64,000 nucleotides of DNA from the NCBI RefSeq assembly GCF_009914755.1, contig NC_060929.1. One strand, 5' to 3'. This stretch comes from the human T2T-CHM13v2.0 reference genome, Homo sapiens. Positions within the stretch are counted from its first letter, which is position 1; the number at the start of each line of letters is the position of its first letter. The translations under genes and the position numbers were made by a program. Below the pieces are notes generated by a model. That model was not told the origin of the DNA, made no database searches, and saw only the letters and a program-made list of their open reading frames with translations. Below are positions 29,175-46,239 of this stretch, one piece after another.

Positions 29175-30361
29175 CAGTCATACATCACTTAACAATGGGA
29201 CTATGTTCTGAGAAATGTGTTATTAGGTGATTTTGTCATTGAGAGGACATCATAGAGTGTACTTACACAAATCTAAATGGGATAGCCTTTTGCTCTTAAG
29301 CTACAAACCCGTTCAGCATATTACTATACTGAATACTGCAGGCAATTATAACACAATAGTAAGAATTTGTGCATCTAAACACATCTAAACATCAAAAAGG
29401 TACAGTGAAAATGCTGTATAGAAGATTTTTTAAAATGCTAGACTGTATAAGGCACTTACCATGAATGGAGCTTGCAGGACTGCAAGTTGCTCTGGGTGAG
29501 TCAGTGAGTATGTGAGGAGTGAATGTGAAGGCCTAGGACAATGCTGTACACTACTATAGACTTCACATACATTGTTTTCTTAGACTAAACTGAATTTATT
29601 ACTTAAGAATTGTTTTTTCTTCAACGATGACTTAACCTTCGCTAAATGTAACTTTTTAACTCTACAAACTTTTTAACTTTTTGACTCTTGTAATAACACA
29701 GCTTAAAACATGAACACATTTTACAGCTACACAAAAATATTTGCCCTCTTTATATCCTCACTCTAGAAGCTTTTTTCTATTTTTATAAATTTATTTCTTC
29801 TTTTAGTTTTTAAACTTTTTTGTTAAAAATGAAGACTCAAATATACACATTAGTCTAGGCCTACACAGGGCCATGATCATCAATATCACTGTCTTCCATC
29901 CTCACATCTTGTCCCACTGGAAGGTCATCAGGGGCAATAACATGCATGGAGCTGTCTTTTCCTATACTAATGCCTTCTTCTGGAATCTCTCCTGAAAGAC
30001 CTGTCTGAGGCTGTTTTACAGTTATTTTTTTTTTTGTAAGTAGAAGGAGTATAGTCTAAAATAACAATAAAATATAGTATAATAAATACATAAACCAGTA
30101 ACATAGTCATGTATTATCATTACCAAGCATTATGTCATGGACATAATTGTGTGTGCTAGACTTTTATACCACTGGTAGCAGCACAGTAGGTTTGTTAACA
30201 CAAGCTTCACCACAAACGTGTAGTTCATAATGCTATGACATTAGGATGGCTATGTCATCATTAGGCAATAAAAACTTTTTAGCTCCAGTATAATCTTATA
30301 GGACCACCATTGTATACGTGGTCCATATATGCCATTGACGTCATTCTTCGGTGCATGACTG
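29175..30361 (-). mobile_element. Tigger3b/MER7-type TcMar DNA transposon, both TIRs present
   Basis: TA-cagtcatacatcacttaac ... cggtgcatgactg; about 1.19 kb. Confidence 0.85.
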
Positions 30362-30429
30362 TGCTGAATGTAGTAAAACACATACATAGATGATAAACTG
30401 AAGTAGTATTTTCCTGTAGAATAAAAGGC

Positions 30430-30965
30430 TTCAAGAAACTAGAAAAATAAGGACAAAATCATTCCAAAGCAAACCGAAAGAAGAAAATAAAGAACAGAAA
30501 TCAATGAAATTTAAAGCAGAAAAAGAATAGAGGAAATCAATGAATAAAAAGTTGGTGTTTTGAAGAGATCAATAAAATTGATCTAGCAAGACTGACAAAG
30601 AAAAAGAGAAGACACAATTACCTACATCAGAAAGAAAATAAGGAATATTACTACAGACCCTACAAACATCAAAATAATGATAAGGGAATACTGTGAAGAA
30701 GTCTACATAGAAATTTGGCAACTTAGATAAAGTAGACCAATTCCTTGGAAAGTACAAATTACCACACTTCACCCAACATGAAAGATATAATTTGAATAGT
30801 CCCTTAATTATTAAGGAAATTGAATTCATAATTTCAAAACTCCCAGAAGATGAAACTCCAGAATCAGATGGTTTTACGAGAGAATTCTACCAAATGTTTA
30901 ATAAAAAATTAACATCAATCCTACACAATCTCTTTCAGAAAATAGAAGAAGAGAACACTTCTCTG
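30430..30965 (+). mobile_element. L1M ORF2 fragment
   Basis: ORF 30792: NSPLIIKEIEFIISKLP...PESDGFTREFYQMF...ILHNLFQKIEEE matches the L1 ORF2 Z region. Confidence 0.85.
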
Positions 30966-32565
30966 ATGTTCCGAGCTAGGTAAACTTTAAAATTGGCTAT
31001 TTTTTTAATTATTATTTAAGTGTTAAAAATTTCACCTTTCCTTAGAAGTTGGTGATAAGTTTTTCTCCTTAGGTTATACTGACACTCATAGTAGAGATTC
31101 TTGATAAATATCTATTGAGTTTTTCCAGCACTTTGCCCATCTAGACATAACTACATAATAAGTGGAATCAAAGTCCTCTCTCTAGGCTGCATTGCTCTTT
31201 GGTTTACTTATTTGAAAGCATCCTAATATTGCTTTTATTAATGTCATCCTTAGATAAAGAAAAAAAATCTGCTAATAAAAAAAAAAAACCCCACTATAGT
31301 TTAACTGGCCTCTCAACTAGGATTCTATGTTTTAAGATTCCTCTGTGTATCTAGAGTGCTCCAGTTGTGGCTCATAACTGTTTAAATTACCCATTTCTGT
31401 ACAACAAATCTCCCCAAAACTTAGTGGCTTAAAACAATAATAATCTATTATTTCTCATGATTTTGTGAGTTGAATAAATAGTTCTAGTTTTGTGGGGGTC
31501 AGTTCTGTAACTGCAGTCAGTTGGGAGCCAGGCGGGGCTTGTCAGCTGTGATACCTTCATTCTCCTCTATGTGGCCTCTCCTTATGGCTAGCTTGGGCTT
31601 CCACACAACATGATGGTTTCCAAACAGCATTCCAAGACAGCTTCATCACATGTCTGGCATTTTGGCTGGGAAACTAGACTAGTTGGAAATCAGCCATGTG
31701 TCCTCCCAAGCAAGGTACCTGGACCTCTTTACATGGTGGCTCAAAACTCCATTAAAGCAAAGGCTGCTTATTTTAAGTCTAGCCTGAACTAGAATTGATT
31801 CTGCTACATTCTGTGGGGCAAAGAAATTCACTATACCATCCCAGATTGAAGGAGGAGGGACAAATAAGCTCCATCTCTCAGTGGAAAGAAAGTATAGAAT
31901 TTGTGGCTATCTCTGTAGCTCTAAATCTAAATCATTTATATTCCTCTAATCTGCAAAATACACTATTCCTTCCTAACATCTTCAAAAGGCTTATTCCATT
32001 ATGGCATCAGGCTCATACTTAAGATCCAGAATGTTTTCATCTAAATCAGGTCCAGATATAAATGGGGTTCCGAAGGTGCAGTTCCCTGAGTACAGCCAAT
32101 CACTGTGGCTCTTCTCTATCTAAAGATCTCTGAATTAAAAACACAAGTTCTTTTTCTTCCCAGACACTCAGCCTACAAAGATGACACAGTAATGGGTACT
32201 CCCATTCAAAAAGGGAGGAAAGGGAAGCACATAGCAGCCTCTGGCCCACAGTAATTATGAAATCCCTCTGGGGAGAGGTTGTCAGGTCTCCTACTACAGC
32301 ACGGAGACTATTCCTTGATTAGGGCCCATGTCTGCTCTCTCCTTTCTCATTTGGCTCTTTGGCTGATTTTTCCCAATCTACTGTTAACAGCTGAGTAAAC
32401 TTCTCTGCCTGGTTTCTGCTTTTGTAAAGTTTACAGCCTGGAAGCCTCATTTTATTTTGTACTTTTCTGTCCCTTTTAGTCAAAACTGGTAAGGCTTTTA
32501 CCAATAAAATTCTCTTTAAAATGTTGTATATTTTCTATTCATCAAATAGCAAATTCACTTTATTA

Positions 32566-33004
<439 letters not shown>

Positions 33005-33520
33005 TCAAGGTCATATAACCTTGATTCAATCTTTACTCTGAGACTATTTTAGTGTCAGCATCATGTATTTAATCTTTACCCTGAGACCATTCCTTATTTT
33101 GGGAACTTTTTTCCTCATGGAGATGCAATGAAAATCAGTTTTATTTTCCAAACTACTACATCCAGGGATGGAAACATTTTCTCTCAATTCTGTTTTAAAA
33201 AGGAATAATTTCTTCTTTGGCTCATTTCTGTTTTCCCATGCTTCGTTATAGGTGGCTAAAATAAGCTGACTTTCACTTTTGACACTTTGCCTCAAAATTT
33301 TCTTGGCCAGATCCATAAATTCATTGATGTGTTTTCTATCTTCCAGGTAACCACAGGCAACAATGTTGCCAAACAATTCTAGCACTACATAAATTTCGCT
33401 TTCTCCAGCTTCTGATAGCAAATACTTCACTGCTTTTCCAACCTCCACTAGTAGTCTCCTTGCCATCCTACCAACTTCTGCCTACTCTACATGATCTGAA
33501 ACTGATGCCACATGTTTTAG

Positions 33521-33940
<420 letters not shown>

Positions 33941-34899
33941 TAATGTCTTTTTTAAAAAGCTATATATATATATATATTGTTTCTCAGGATTTAGTGAGTT
34001 GAAAGAGTGATCTTCCAGTGGTCTCACTTACTCAGTTATGAGACTGTGTTGATCTAGCAGTTGATCTAAGGCTGCTGGCCAAGATGCCTTAGTTCTCACA
34101 TGGCTGTTCCACATGGCTAACACGGGTTCCTTCACACAGTGCTCTCAAGGCTACGTTTCAAGATGGCTCCATTCACATATCTAGCATTTTGTTCAGGATG
34201 GCTAACATCCTAACATTAGCCAGGCATCTAACTTTCCCTATGTTCTCTCCAGCAAAGTAACTTTACATTGTAGCTGAAGGCTACAGCAGAACAAAGGTAG
34301 AAGTTGCCAAGTTTCTTAAAGCCTGGTCCTATAACTAGCACAGAATCACTTCTGCTGTATTTTTTGGTCAAAGAAGTTCATAAGCCCAACCCAGATATGA
34401 GGGGAGAGGAAAACAGATGCTACCTTTTGATAGGAAGGGTGGCTAGGATTTGTGGTCATTTTTAATCCACCAATGACCTGACAATGACTTCAAGGATATG
34501 TAAGATCCTTCAACGTTTCTTGGTTTTTAGATTTTGTTTCATATTAGAAATGTTTACTTTGCACAGAATACTTAATAGTTCTTTAGGAGAAAAGATTGGA
34601 AGAAGAATCATTTGCGTTTCTCTCTTAACACCTTACACAGAGTGTGCCACTAAATATATAATTTCTGAATGAATCTTGGCTGAATGAAATATTCAGTCTG
34701 AATTTTGTAATATATGTATACTATTGTATTATAATTCCATGTGAAATGGATTTTGATTCATGGTAAACTTGCCAAATCTAATTAACTATTTGATTAATCA
34801 ACAGCAGTGAATCCCCCAACTGCTGGTTTGACAGCAATTTTACTACAAGTAGAACCTTCTTAGTCAAATGAAGCTTCTCATAAACAGTCCTTCTCTCAG

Positions 34900-35065
34900 G
34901 CAACAGTTCTTAACCCTTGATGCACAATAGAATCATCCGGGATGCTTTTAAAACATATTATCCCAGAGCACTTTCACCTAGACTAATTAAATCAGAATCC
35001 CTAAGTGCATTAGGATTATCTCTAGGTGATTCTCATGTATACCCAGGGCTGTGAACCACTTTTCT
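34900..35065. mobile_element. MER5-type MITE
   Basis: gttcttaacccttgatgcacaatagaatcatcc...aggtgattctcatg...gtgaaccact. Confidence 0.55.
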
Positions 35066-38000
35066 GCAGCTAAGGCTTTGAAATTGCATCTTGCATTTCA
35101 GGGAGGTAAGTTTAGCCCTTCCTCACCCAGCTTCAACCACAGCAGTCCAGCTTTTTTGTCTAATATACATATTCACAACCTGTGAACAATTGAGGTCACC
35201 AGATGAATTTAATGCTAAGAAAAAGTTGAAAACACTAGGGTGTTGTGATAGCCGAGGACTCTTGGCTTTGTGAAATAGAACAAATAATCATTGAAATATT
35301 TTTCTTGGCATTTATACAACTGGTCTACATGAACAACTTTGAGGTTGTGACTGTTTAATAGGAGGCAAGATCTGCCTTCCAACATCTCCAGGGTGTTTGT
35401 TTATGCACAGCCTTCTAATCATGTTGCAGATCTGAAGCTTGTTGGTCATCTTTATTTACCCAAAGGTTACATAGGGCCTAGTGTCTGTGTATTGTAGAAA
35501 AGGATAACCTTTTCCTGTTTCTGCAGGAAGTACTTTGCAAGGCTCAATTTCTGACTAACCCCTAAAGCTCACTTTTCAAAGGAAAAGATACCAACTCATT
35601 TTCCTTGAACTCTGCAGAGCTAGTTCTTGTGGGGAATTTTTACGCTATAGGAAAGGGTAAGAATTTGTATGGAGAACATTTTCAAGAAAAATCATTTCTC
35701 TAAGGGCTAAACAACGCTTTTAATAATCAAATAAGATCAAGGTCAGAATGCTTTGTTATTTGAACACTTCCTCAGTTCAAAGGGTCAGATGTAATTATTT
35801 CCTGCCCTTGTAGCTCAGGTAAGTCAGTTCTGAAGATAAACCTCTGCAATTTAGCAAACCAGGTTCCTCAGGTAAAGAGCTTATTAACAACATCCACATA
35901 GGTCTTCATTTCAGGGATCTAGAAAACAATTGCTGGTCCTGTTCACATTTCCTCATCTCTCTGTTTCTTCAGTTCTTGCAATCTGGATTCTGCTCACATC
36001 ATTCCATTCCAAATTCTCTGGCAAACATTGCCAAACCAAGGAGCAGTTTATGGTCCTTAGCTGGCTGTGCTCTTCGGCTGTGTTTAACCAAGCGTCTCTT
36101 CTCTAAATTCTTTACTTCCTTGGCTTCTCTGACAGTACACTCTCTGGTTCTCTTTGACCATTCATTCTGTCCTGTCCTTAAATTTGGGGAATATTCAATG
36201 GTTCATGTTTGGATCTACTCATTGTGTGTCACCCTTTCTCACTGATTTCATGCATGCTCTTTGTGTTAACAAATAACAACTACTGATGATTCCTGTTATC
36301 TCTTTCCCAGGCCACAAGTTTCCCTACATTTGAGTTTCAACATTACATACTCTTGTCCTTAACAAATGTTTTCCAAAGCACAGCCACTGAGCCAGTGTGA
36401 ATTGGTATGAAAGAGCTTCTAGCAACATTCACATGTGCTGTAACTCTCCCCCACCATGCCTGATGCCGATTTCTAACCATCAGTCCATATACTTCCTTTC
36501 CTCAGATAAGTTTATTTCAGGAGCATGGGGGCCTTTACATGTCGTTTCCTCCTTCCCCTGTCTCTGTGCCTCAGTCAGGTATCACTGCAGCATCAATCAA
36601 TACAGTGTGTGATTTGAAAGCTTGCACCACCAAAGGAGAGATTTACAGTAAAATTTACTAGTCTACCCTTTCTAGCCAATTAGATATACTTTGCAGGGTA
36701 TCCTCTGAGTGTCTGTTTCTTAGAATTGGCATCCAATCTTTGATTTCTTGCTTTTTATATGCAAGAAGATGTTTTAAGAAGACATCCTTTTATTTTGCTG
36801 TGTCCTTCTGTCTTCATATTGCCACACATTCTCCACGCCATTTCCATAATCTTATTTATTTGAAGAAACTCGACCTTTCATCATGGACATTTCGGTAGAT
36901 CTTCCCTGTGCCATGTTAACCTAGGGCCCTGGAGAAAGGGCAGTGAGCTACACTGTAGACCTTGGCAGTCCACTGCACAGCGCTGTTTCAACAGCAATTA
37001 ATGTCCCCTGCAGGACCCCTGTTACAGAAACATTTTGACTCTCTTCTCTTGCACAGGCCTAAATGATGCTTACGGGCTCCCTTGAGAAGCTCAAATTGAT
37101 AGAAAGCACAGCCATACATTCTGTAACTTCCTGCTTTAGACATGTAGCTAGGGTTTTATCTTTACTGCACTTTGGAGACGCTCTTGACTCTTGCCTATAA
37201 AAGACCCTTGGGTGTCAGCTCACTTCTGGTTAAGACTATTCTTAACCTTGATAAAGTTGCTGTTGTGACGATTTGAGGTGGTACTCTGTAAGGCAGTCTC
37301 CAGGTCTGTCTTATTTACTGCCCTATTGCCCTAGCACATGATATGCAGGGGCTCACTAAACATTTGTTGGAGAAAAAAAAAAAACCATGAATGCCTATAT
37401 CCTTATACTTCTCAGCTAATAACTTAGGTGCCCTTTTCTCACAAAGGCTGAGGCAGATGTGATGCGTTCCTTAGGCCACCAGAATGTGGGTTTGAGGATT
37501 CATCTTGAAACCAAACAAATTTTGATAATTACAGAGCAAGTAGAGCTGCTTACATTTTGCTCTGTTGTGTCAAAGGTCACTTAGTCCCTAAGTCTTTCAA
37601 AGAAAAGCCTGGACAAGTTACTGAGCATGACCTCCTGGGCTGGTTGCCCAATAAATTTGCTTTAGCATTATGTTATCCTGTAGTTTAGCAAAAGGGAGTC
37701 ATCCAAGAATAGACGCTAAAAGCCTTTTGATGGGAATAGGAAATAGGGAATCTGATTTCAGGTAAGCCTATGGGAATTTCCTATAGCAAGTTAGGTCCTA
37801 GGAGTGACACATCATGGTGGGCATTTTGCCCAGGCTTTTCAGATTGCCTTGTAAAAAGTCTCAGGAGGCTAAACTCAGTTATCAGCCTCTGCAACCATAA
37901 AATTTCAGGGACACATTTCCCTCATCAAGCACCCTTCCAAGGACACTGGTGAGCATAACAAGGTCTCCCTTCAATGAGTAATCAATACCACTGCATTTGG

Positions 38001-38260
38001 ATCACAAAGAACTCAGACAGTTGCTCTTTTCAAATCTTTGTTTGCAGCACATAACTCTTCACCACCTGCAAGTCTCTATCTTTATATTCAAATGGCTAAA
38101 ACCTACACACTCTACACCAGAATTTTCCAGTGGAATTTTCTGTACTAATAGAAATATTCTATTCTGCACTGTCCAAAATACTAGCCACTAGCTCTATGTG
38201 CTACTGAGCACTTGAAACATGGCTACTGTGACTGAGGAACTGCATTTTAATTGGATTTCA

Positions 38261-39474
<1,214 letters not shown>

Positions 39475-40740
39475 CGAATTTCATCTTGATTCATTTAAGT
39501 TCTCACATGCTATTAGTGGATACTACTGGACAGCTCAGCTTTACACAATTGAAATATATATAAACACAAAAGAGAACAAGTGAAGTAATACTTTAAGTAT
39601 TCTAAAATTATAAAAATAATATATTGTCAATAAAGATAAATTTAAAAATAGACACATGTAAGAGGGAAATGCTAAAAACACTCCTATCTCAACATCTAAA
39701 TGTAAGCACTATTGACATTGTGACATATGCTCTTTCAGTTATTTCTCTTCCATTGTATGTTAGAAACGAAAATAGTGCAAGACAGCCAATATATCTTCAG
39801 AATGATCAAGGGAACATGAAAACCCCAGATGAACTCGGTTTAAATGGATTATAATCGGTATGCCAGGATCTGCCCCTTGCACAGATGACAGGCCAGGTGG
39901 CTGCCCTGTAGGGTGAATGACCACTCATGTCTGCGCATAAATCATTTCCCCATAAACTATCTTGATGCCCTATGTTCCCGTAGTATTTAGAATGGTGTAC
40001 ATCTGTTAAAAGCTAAATATTATGTGCAGCACTTCACATTTCAGCTTTTAGCATTTTATGGGGGCACTATCTAGACTGTCAAACCCAAGGCTGGAGCATT
40101 TAAGGAGGCCTAGGCAGCTAATGGGCAGTGTTTGGCCACTGGCACAAACAAGGAAAGAACACCTACTAGGGAGAGCATGGGGAGACCCATCTTCATATTT
40201 TAGTCTAGGACAGGGTCATACATACTACAAAAGTTCATTCATTCATTCATTCACATATCCATTCAACAAGTAATTTGTAAGTACCTATTCTATGTCAGGG
40301 TCTTTGAGAGGGGAATGGATATATTGGAACTGTGGAGGCCAGGGGAAAATCTCCTTTTATCTGCTGTAGGTTCACTGAAAATCAACTGACAAAAGACAGA
40401 TTCATAGGAGAAAAGGTATACAGATTTATTTGATTACAGTTTTACACGGAGCCTTCAGAATAAAGACCCAAAGATACGGGGAAACTGCCCATTTTTAGGC
40501 TTGGGTTCAATGAAGTACGGACAGCCATGGAGAAAAATGACTGGGCAGAAAGGGTATGATCTAATGTTAATAGACTGAGTAGGAAAGTCCAGCAAGGTCT
40601 GTCTGTTTAAATTCCTCTTAGCTTCTCTGTGCAGTATTCCTTCCTTCTGGGTATGCAGCAGGACCCTCTTGAAATGGGGGTCTTATGACCTACAATCAAA
40701 CAGGATAAGTCAGATCATTTTTTAAAAATTTTTAAAAATT

Positions 40741-41111
<371 letters not shown>

Positions 41112-41652
41112 TAGACGATTTTTTTTTTATGGCCAGTTTTTACACAAAAAGGCTGGGGGGAAGTTAGAGTAATATTTTTAGGTTTTATGGCTGGCTTTGG
41201 GGAAAAGGGGCTCTGGTTTCTACAATCCGCCTTGGGGAAGATGGATTCTAGTTTCTATGTCTGGTCTTGGGGGAGGATGAGAGGCCACAGACAGGAGGGC
41301 AGGAAAATGTCAGAGAAAATCTTTTACTCTGGGGGATGCTTTAGAGGCCTTCATCTGGGGGTATCATTTTCTGATCCCCAACAGGACAGAATCATAGTCT
41401 CTCCCTTGGGAATTTTTGAATCAAATATGCAGACAGACAATAAACAGGGGAAGAAATTTTAAAATATTCAATTACAAGTTGAGAAAAGTGCTATGAAAGA
41501 AACAAAATGTAGAAATGAGAGTAAAGGAGAAGAGGGATAGGATGGGTCAGGTCATCAGAGAAGGCTTCTTGGAGACAGGACCTTTAAAGAGAGACACGAA
41601 GGCTGAGAAGAAGCTAGTTATGTTGTGCATGTGTGCATGCGTGTCCATGTGC

Positions 41653-41928
41653 AATCAAGACTGAAGGCACATGGGCTGAGGGTTTTTTCTTAAGTTTCCC
41701 CCAACAGTTGGCTATGGCCTCAAGTGCAAATTAACGGGGTACCAAAAAACTCCAGCATCCAGTTAAATAATACTTTAATGCAATATTTTAAAATCAAAAT
41801 TAATGCAAAAAATTCCATCATAGACAAAAATATTCTAATTGTAACTAAAGACAGTATCCATTGCAGTGAACACCCTTGTCTGGGCTCCAGTGGACCTGGG
41901 TGTTCTCTGGTTGCGCAACATGGTGAGT
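41653..41928 (+). repeat. Direct copy of 43516-43793, inserted in an L2
   Basis: aatcaagactgaag...ctctggttgcgcaacatggtgagt aligns over about 275 bp. Confidence 0.93.
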
Positions 41929-43024
41929 CAATGCACACAGGAAAGCACATGTTCATAGGGAGGAAGCGAATTCTGGCTGGAGAAAACAGGCAAAGGCCTG
42001 GTGGGGCAGAGCTTGCAGCATAGTGAATGATGGAAAGGTGACTTGACTGGAAGTTGAATTAGTACGCGGGGGTAGATCATGCAGGCCTGCAGGCCACATA
42101 AGGACTTCAGTGTTACTTCTGAGGGAAATGGAACAATCATGCAAAGTTATAATCAGGAGGGCGATATGATCCTAGTTGCTAAGAATACAGCACTGAACAC
42201 AGTCTGAGAATGTCCTCGTCCTAAAGGAGCTTCTGTTGTATTGGGAACTGAAACCAAAGGAAAGGAAAATTGAGTTTAGAGAAATTGTGGAGAATTCAGT
42301 GGTGCCCTTGAGGGTACTGGAGGACTCTGTGAGGCAGATGATGTCAGACAGGGTATGGCTTTTCCTATGAGCCCCAGTATCTGTCTACCCTGCCAGGAAG
42401 AGGCTTTACCTGGTTCTGGCTCCACTTTTTCTGAATCTTTCTTTGCAAACTGTTGACTTGTTTCCTAACCTGATAAGCATTGTGTTCCTGCCAGACAAAT
42501 CAGTTAGCTAATTGTCTAATTACATCTGAAGGCATTCTTCTAGTATTGCCATTCCTTTCTTTCCTAGTTCAGATTATTAAGGGCTGCAAATTTCAAGCTA
42601 CCAAAAGTCAAAACTCACTCTAAGCCAGTGGCAGGATAAAGAATGAGTACTTCTTCCATTTCATTTGCTGCCTAAGCTGCTAAAGAGACACAGCCAAAAT
42701 CTCACCAGTCTTAAGTTTACTCTCAACTGATTTCTTGTAGAGAAGCCTCAGGAATTCACTTGGCCTGTGCCCCACTCAGCCACAGACCAGCCGCTCATCC
42801 TCATTCTTGTGACTGGTCATCACCACTCCTGGTAACATAGTGCAAAACTGAAGGGGGTGCTTAGAATGAACTTCCAAAGGGAAAAGGACAGGATGTCCAG
42901 TTCATTTTCCTTTTTAGATGTAATTCCTAGACATGAATTGGACAGTTCCAAGTTCAAGGAGGTCCAGCTGGGAGCCAGAGGGCTGTGGGCCAGGATGCCA
43001 CCCACTGATTAAAGTCAGAGACCA

Positions 43025-43343
43025 GGCCAGGCATGGTGGCTCACGCCTGTAATCCCAATGCTTTAGGAGGCTGAGGTGGGAGGATCTCTTGAGGCTAGGA
43101 GTTTGAGACCAGCCTGAGCAACATAGCGAGACAGACATCTCTACAAAAAGTTTAAAAATTAGCCAGGTGTGGTGGCATGTTCCTGTAGTCTCAGCTATGT
43201 GGGAGGCTGAGGCAGGAGGATCGCTTGAGCCTGGGAGTTCAAGGCTGCAGTGAGTGGATTGTGCCACTGCACTCCAGCCTGGGTGACAGAGTGAGACACT
43301 GTCTCTAAAATAAAATTTTAAAAAAACAAAATAATAAATAAAA
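43025..43343 (+). mobile_element. AluJ
   Basis: ggaggatcgcttgagcctgggagttcaaggctgcagtgag; TSD agagaccaggc/agaaaccaggc. Confidence 0.88.
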
Positions 43344-43983
43344 GAAACCAGGCAGCACACTGACCAGTACCAGAATCTGGTCCAAAGACAAAAGGACACG
43401 GATGAGAGGGGCTGATGGGGAAGCAGGAGAGGGATTTGGGGAGCGGCTGGGATTCAGGCTAGGGCTGTAGTTCAGGAGGGAGACAAGCATGAGAGAGGAT
43501 ATGTGAGGAGATGGGAATCAAGACTGAAGACACATGGGCTGAGAGTTTTTTCTTAAGTTTCCCCCAACATTTGGGTATGGCCTCAAGTGCAAATTAACAG
43601 GGTGCCAAAAAAAACTCCATCATCGAGATAAATAATATTTTAATGCAATATTTTAAAAATCAAAATTAATGCAAAAAATCCATGATAGACAAAATATTCT
43701 AATTGTAACTAAAGACAGTATCCATTGCAGTGAACACCCTTGTCTGGGCTCCAGTGGACCTGGGGTGTTCTCTGGTTGTGCGACATGGTAAGTTGCTCTA
43801 CCTTTCTGCCTCTCAATTTACAGAGAAACAAACTGAATGCCAGAGAAGTGCTCATTCTTTTAAGGAGCCATTCATTAAATCAGATTCTCTTGGGGTGGGA
43901 GGAGGGGTGCGTGCTGGACATCAGTAGTTTTAAAAATTCTGCCCAGTAAATCTAATGTGCACCAGAGTTAAAAAGAATTAGGA

Positions 43984-44328
<345 letters not shown>

Positions 44329-46239
44329 CTAAAGTGTAAGTGGTTAAGAGTAGATTCCTTTATTTCTCCTGCCACACATTGTCAGCACATTGACAGTAAT
44401 ACTGTTGGTTGAGGGCACCATGACACCAGGGCGGGTCATGAGAAAGGATAAAGCAATGTTTATTGAGTGCCTACTTCCTCCCAGTCAGCATGCTGGGTGC
44501 TTTTTCATTTGGTTTAATTCCCATGATGATCAGATGAGGTTGGTAGAATCACCTCCACTGAAGAGATGAGAAAGCCAATGCCTTTATATAAAGAAGCCTT
44601 TCATGAAAACCTTTAAATAGCATCACAAAGCAGAATCATCCCAGGGAGCATTGGACCTACCTGCTCATTCTACAGACCCTACAGAACTACCCACATGTCT
44701 GCCCTCACAATGAACATTCAGCACCACCTAAATACAGCTCTCTGGTTAAATAACTGGGGACTCACACATTCTCCAGCAGCTTCACAGTGACTGGGGCAGA
44801 ATGAGGGAAAACAGAGGTTGAACTGGCTCTGAGGTCTGTTGAGAATATGACTACGCCTGGTATGAGGAGGTCCATTTGGGGTAAATTGGCTCCAGCCTGG
44901 ATGATTCCTCTGAGAAAAGATTTTGCATTCCCTCATTTTGCTTCCCCACCTCATTTTCCCCACAATCAAAACATTTGAGCTCTAAATCTATGCCAAGCAC
45001 TGAACATCCTTTGCACAATATTTTTAATCATCTTAACAAGCCTATGTGGTAGGAATTATCATATCCATGCCATTCATGACCCAAGGCTCAGTGATGCCAA
45101 GGAATTGCCTGGCTTCTCACAAGCTATAGGTAGCAAAGTTAGGATTCAAAGTCAGGTGTTCTTACTCCAGAGCATGAACTCCAAAGCATGGCCTACACTG
45201 CATACTCTCCTTTTAATGCCCTAGAACAGAGCAGATATACTGTATACTCTAATGCCTTTCTGTCAGGAGCAGCTATTTGAAATATGGTGGGCTGGAGCCA
45301 CCTTAGTCAGCTGGCCAGAATGTGGTACAGTGGGTATCACTGAAGACCCAACAGCTTCTTGTTGATAAATAGCATAAAATTCCCACCATCTGAGTATTTT
45401 TCCATTTAAGGAGACAGCACATTTTACCTGAGTCAAGTGGTAGTTTATTTACAGCCCAAGGAAATACCAGAAATTAAGAACCTTCTATAGTTTGTTTGAC
45501 ATCAGCCCATAATTATGTAAGCTGATTTCTTAGCATCCTAGTAACTTTCCACTTCAGTCTAGATTGGAAATATCCCCTCACCTCCTAAAAGCTGGGGTAT
45601 GTTATTTTTGCAGCGTCAGCCAGAGGATGCAAAATGACAGCAATTTCAGTATTCAGAGTTTTTTCTCTTCCTCATATTTAACTCAAATAGACCCTTCATC
45701 TTTTGGTTTCCATTTCCCCAAAAGTGTGAGACCCAGAGAAGATGCTTGAGGCCAAGGACTGTATTTTTATCCATCTTTGTTTCTCCAGCACCTAATACAG
45801 TGTCTGACATGCTACAGACATTCAGGAAGTGAATGAATGACGTGTGCTTGGAATATGAAGGTGCTACAATGAATGACCCACCATTGACATACTCAGAAAC
45901 ATTTTTTCTAGAAGTGCAGATGATTTGCAGTAAGCCACCATGTCATCCTTTAACTTGCTTCTCCTGCTGTTTTTAACCGCTTTCCTGCAGCTAGATTTAC
46001 TGACACCTTCCCAGTGTGGTCTCAGGGTTACCCTAACCCCACTAAGTCTTGAGTAGATCATGTTGGAGGCAGGAAGTTTATCAGTAGCTTAAGTCTCCAC
46101 CACCTACAGGGGCTTAAGAAAGGATAAAGTCTCCAAAGCAGGATTCTGGGTGATAAGCTGTATCTTCTGGGTTCACTTCAACCCTTCAGAGTCTCCAAAT
46201 ACATCTAACCCTCATGACAATTGTGTAAGGTAGGTATGT

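Noticed and set aside
37772-37781. NF-kB-like GGGAATTTCC (also GGAAATTTCC at 57682)
   Set aside because: Isolated degenerate 10-mers are expected in 64 kb.
41918-41928. Both 275-bp duplicates end in donor-like CATG|GTRAGT, suggesting a duplicated exon
   Set aside because: The motif is part of MIR-like sequence that continues in the source copy, and there is no acceptor at the other end.
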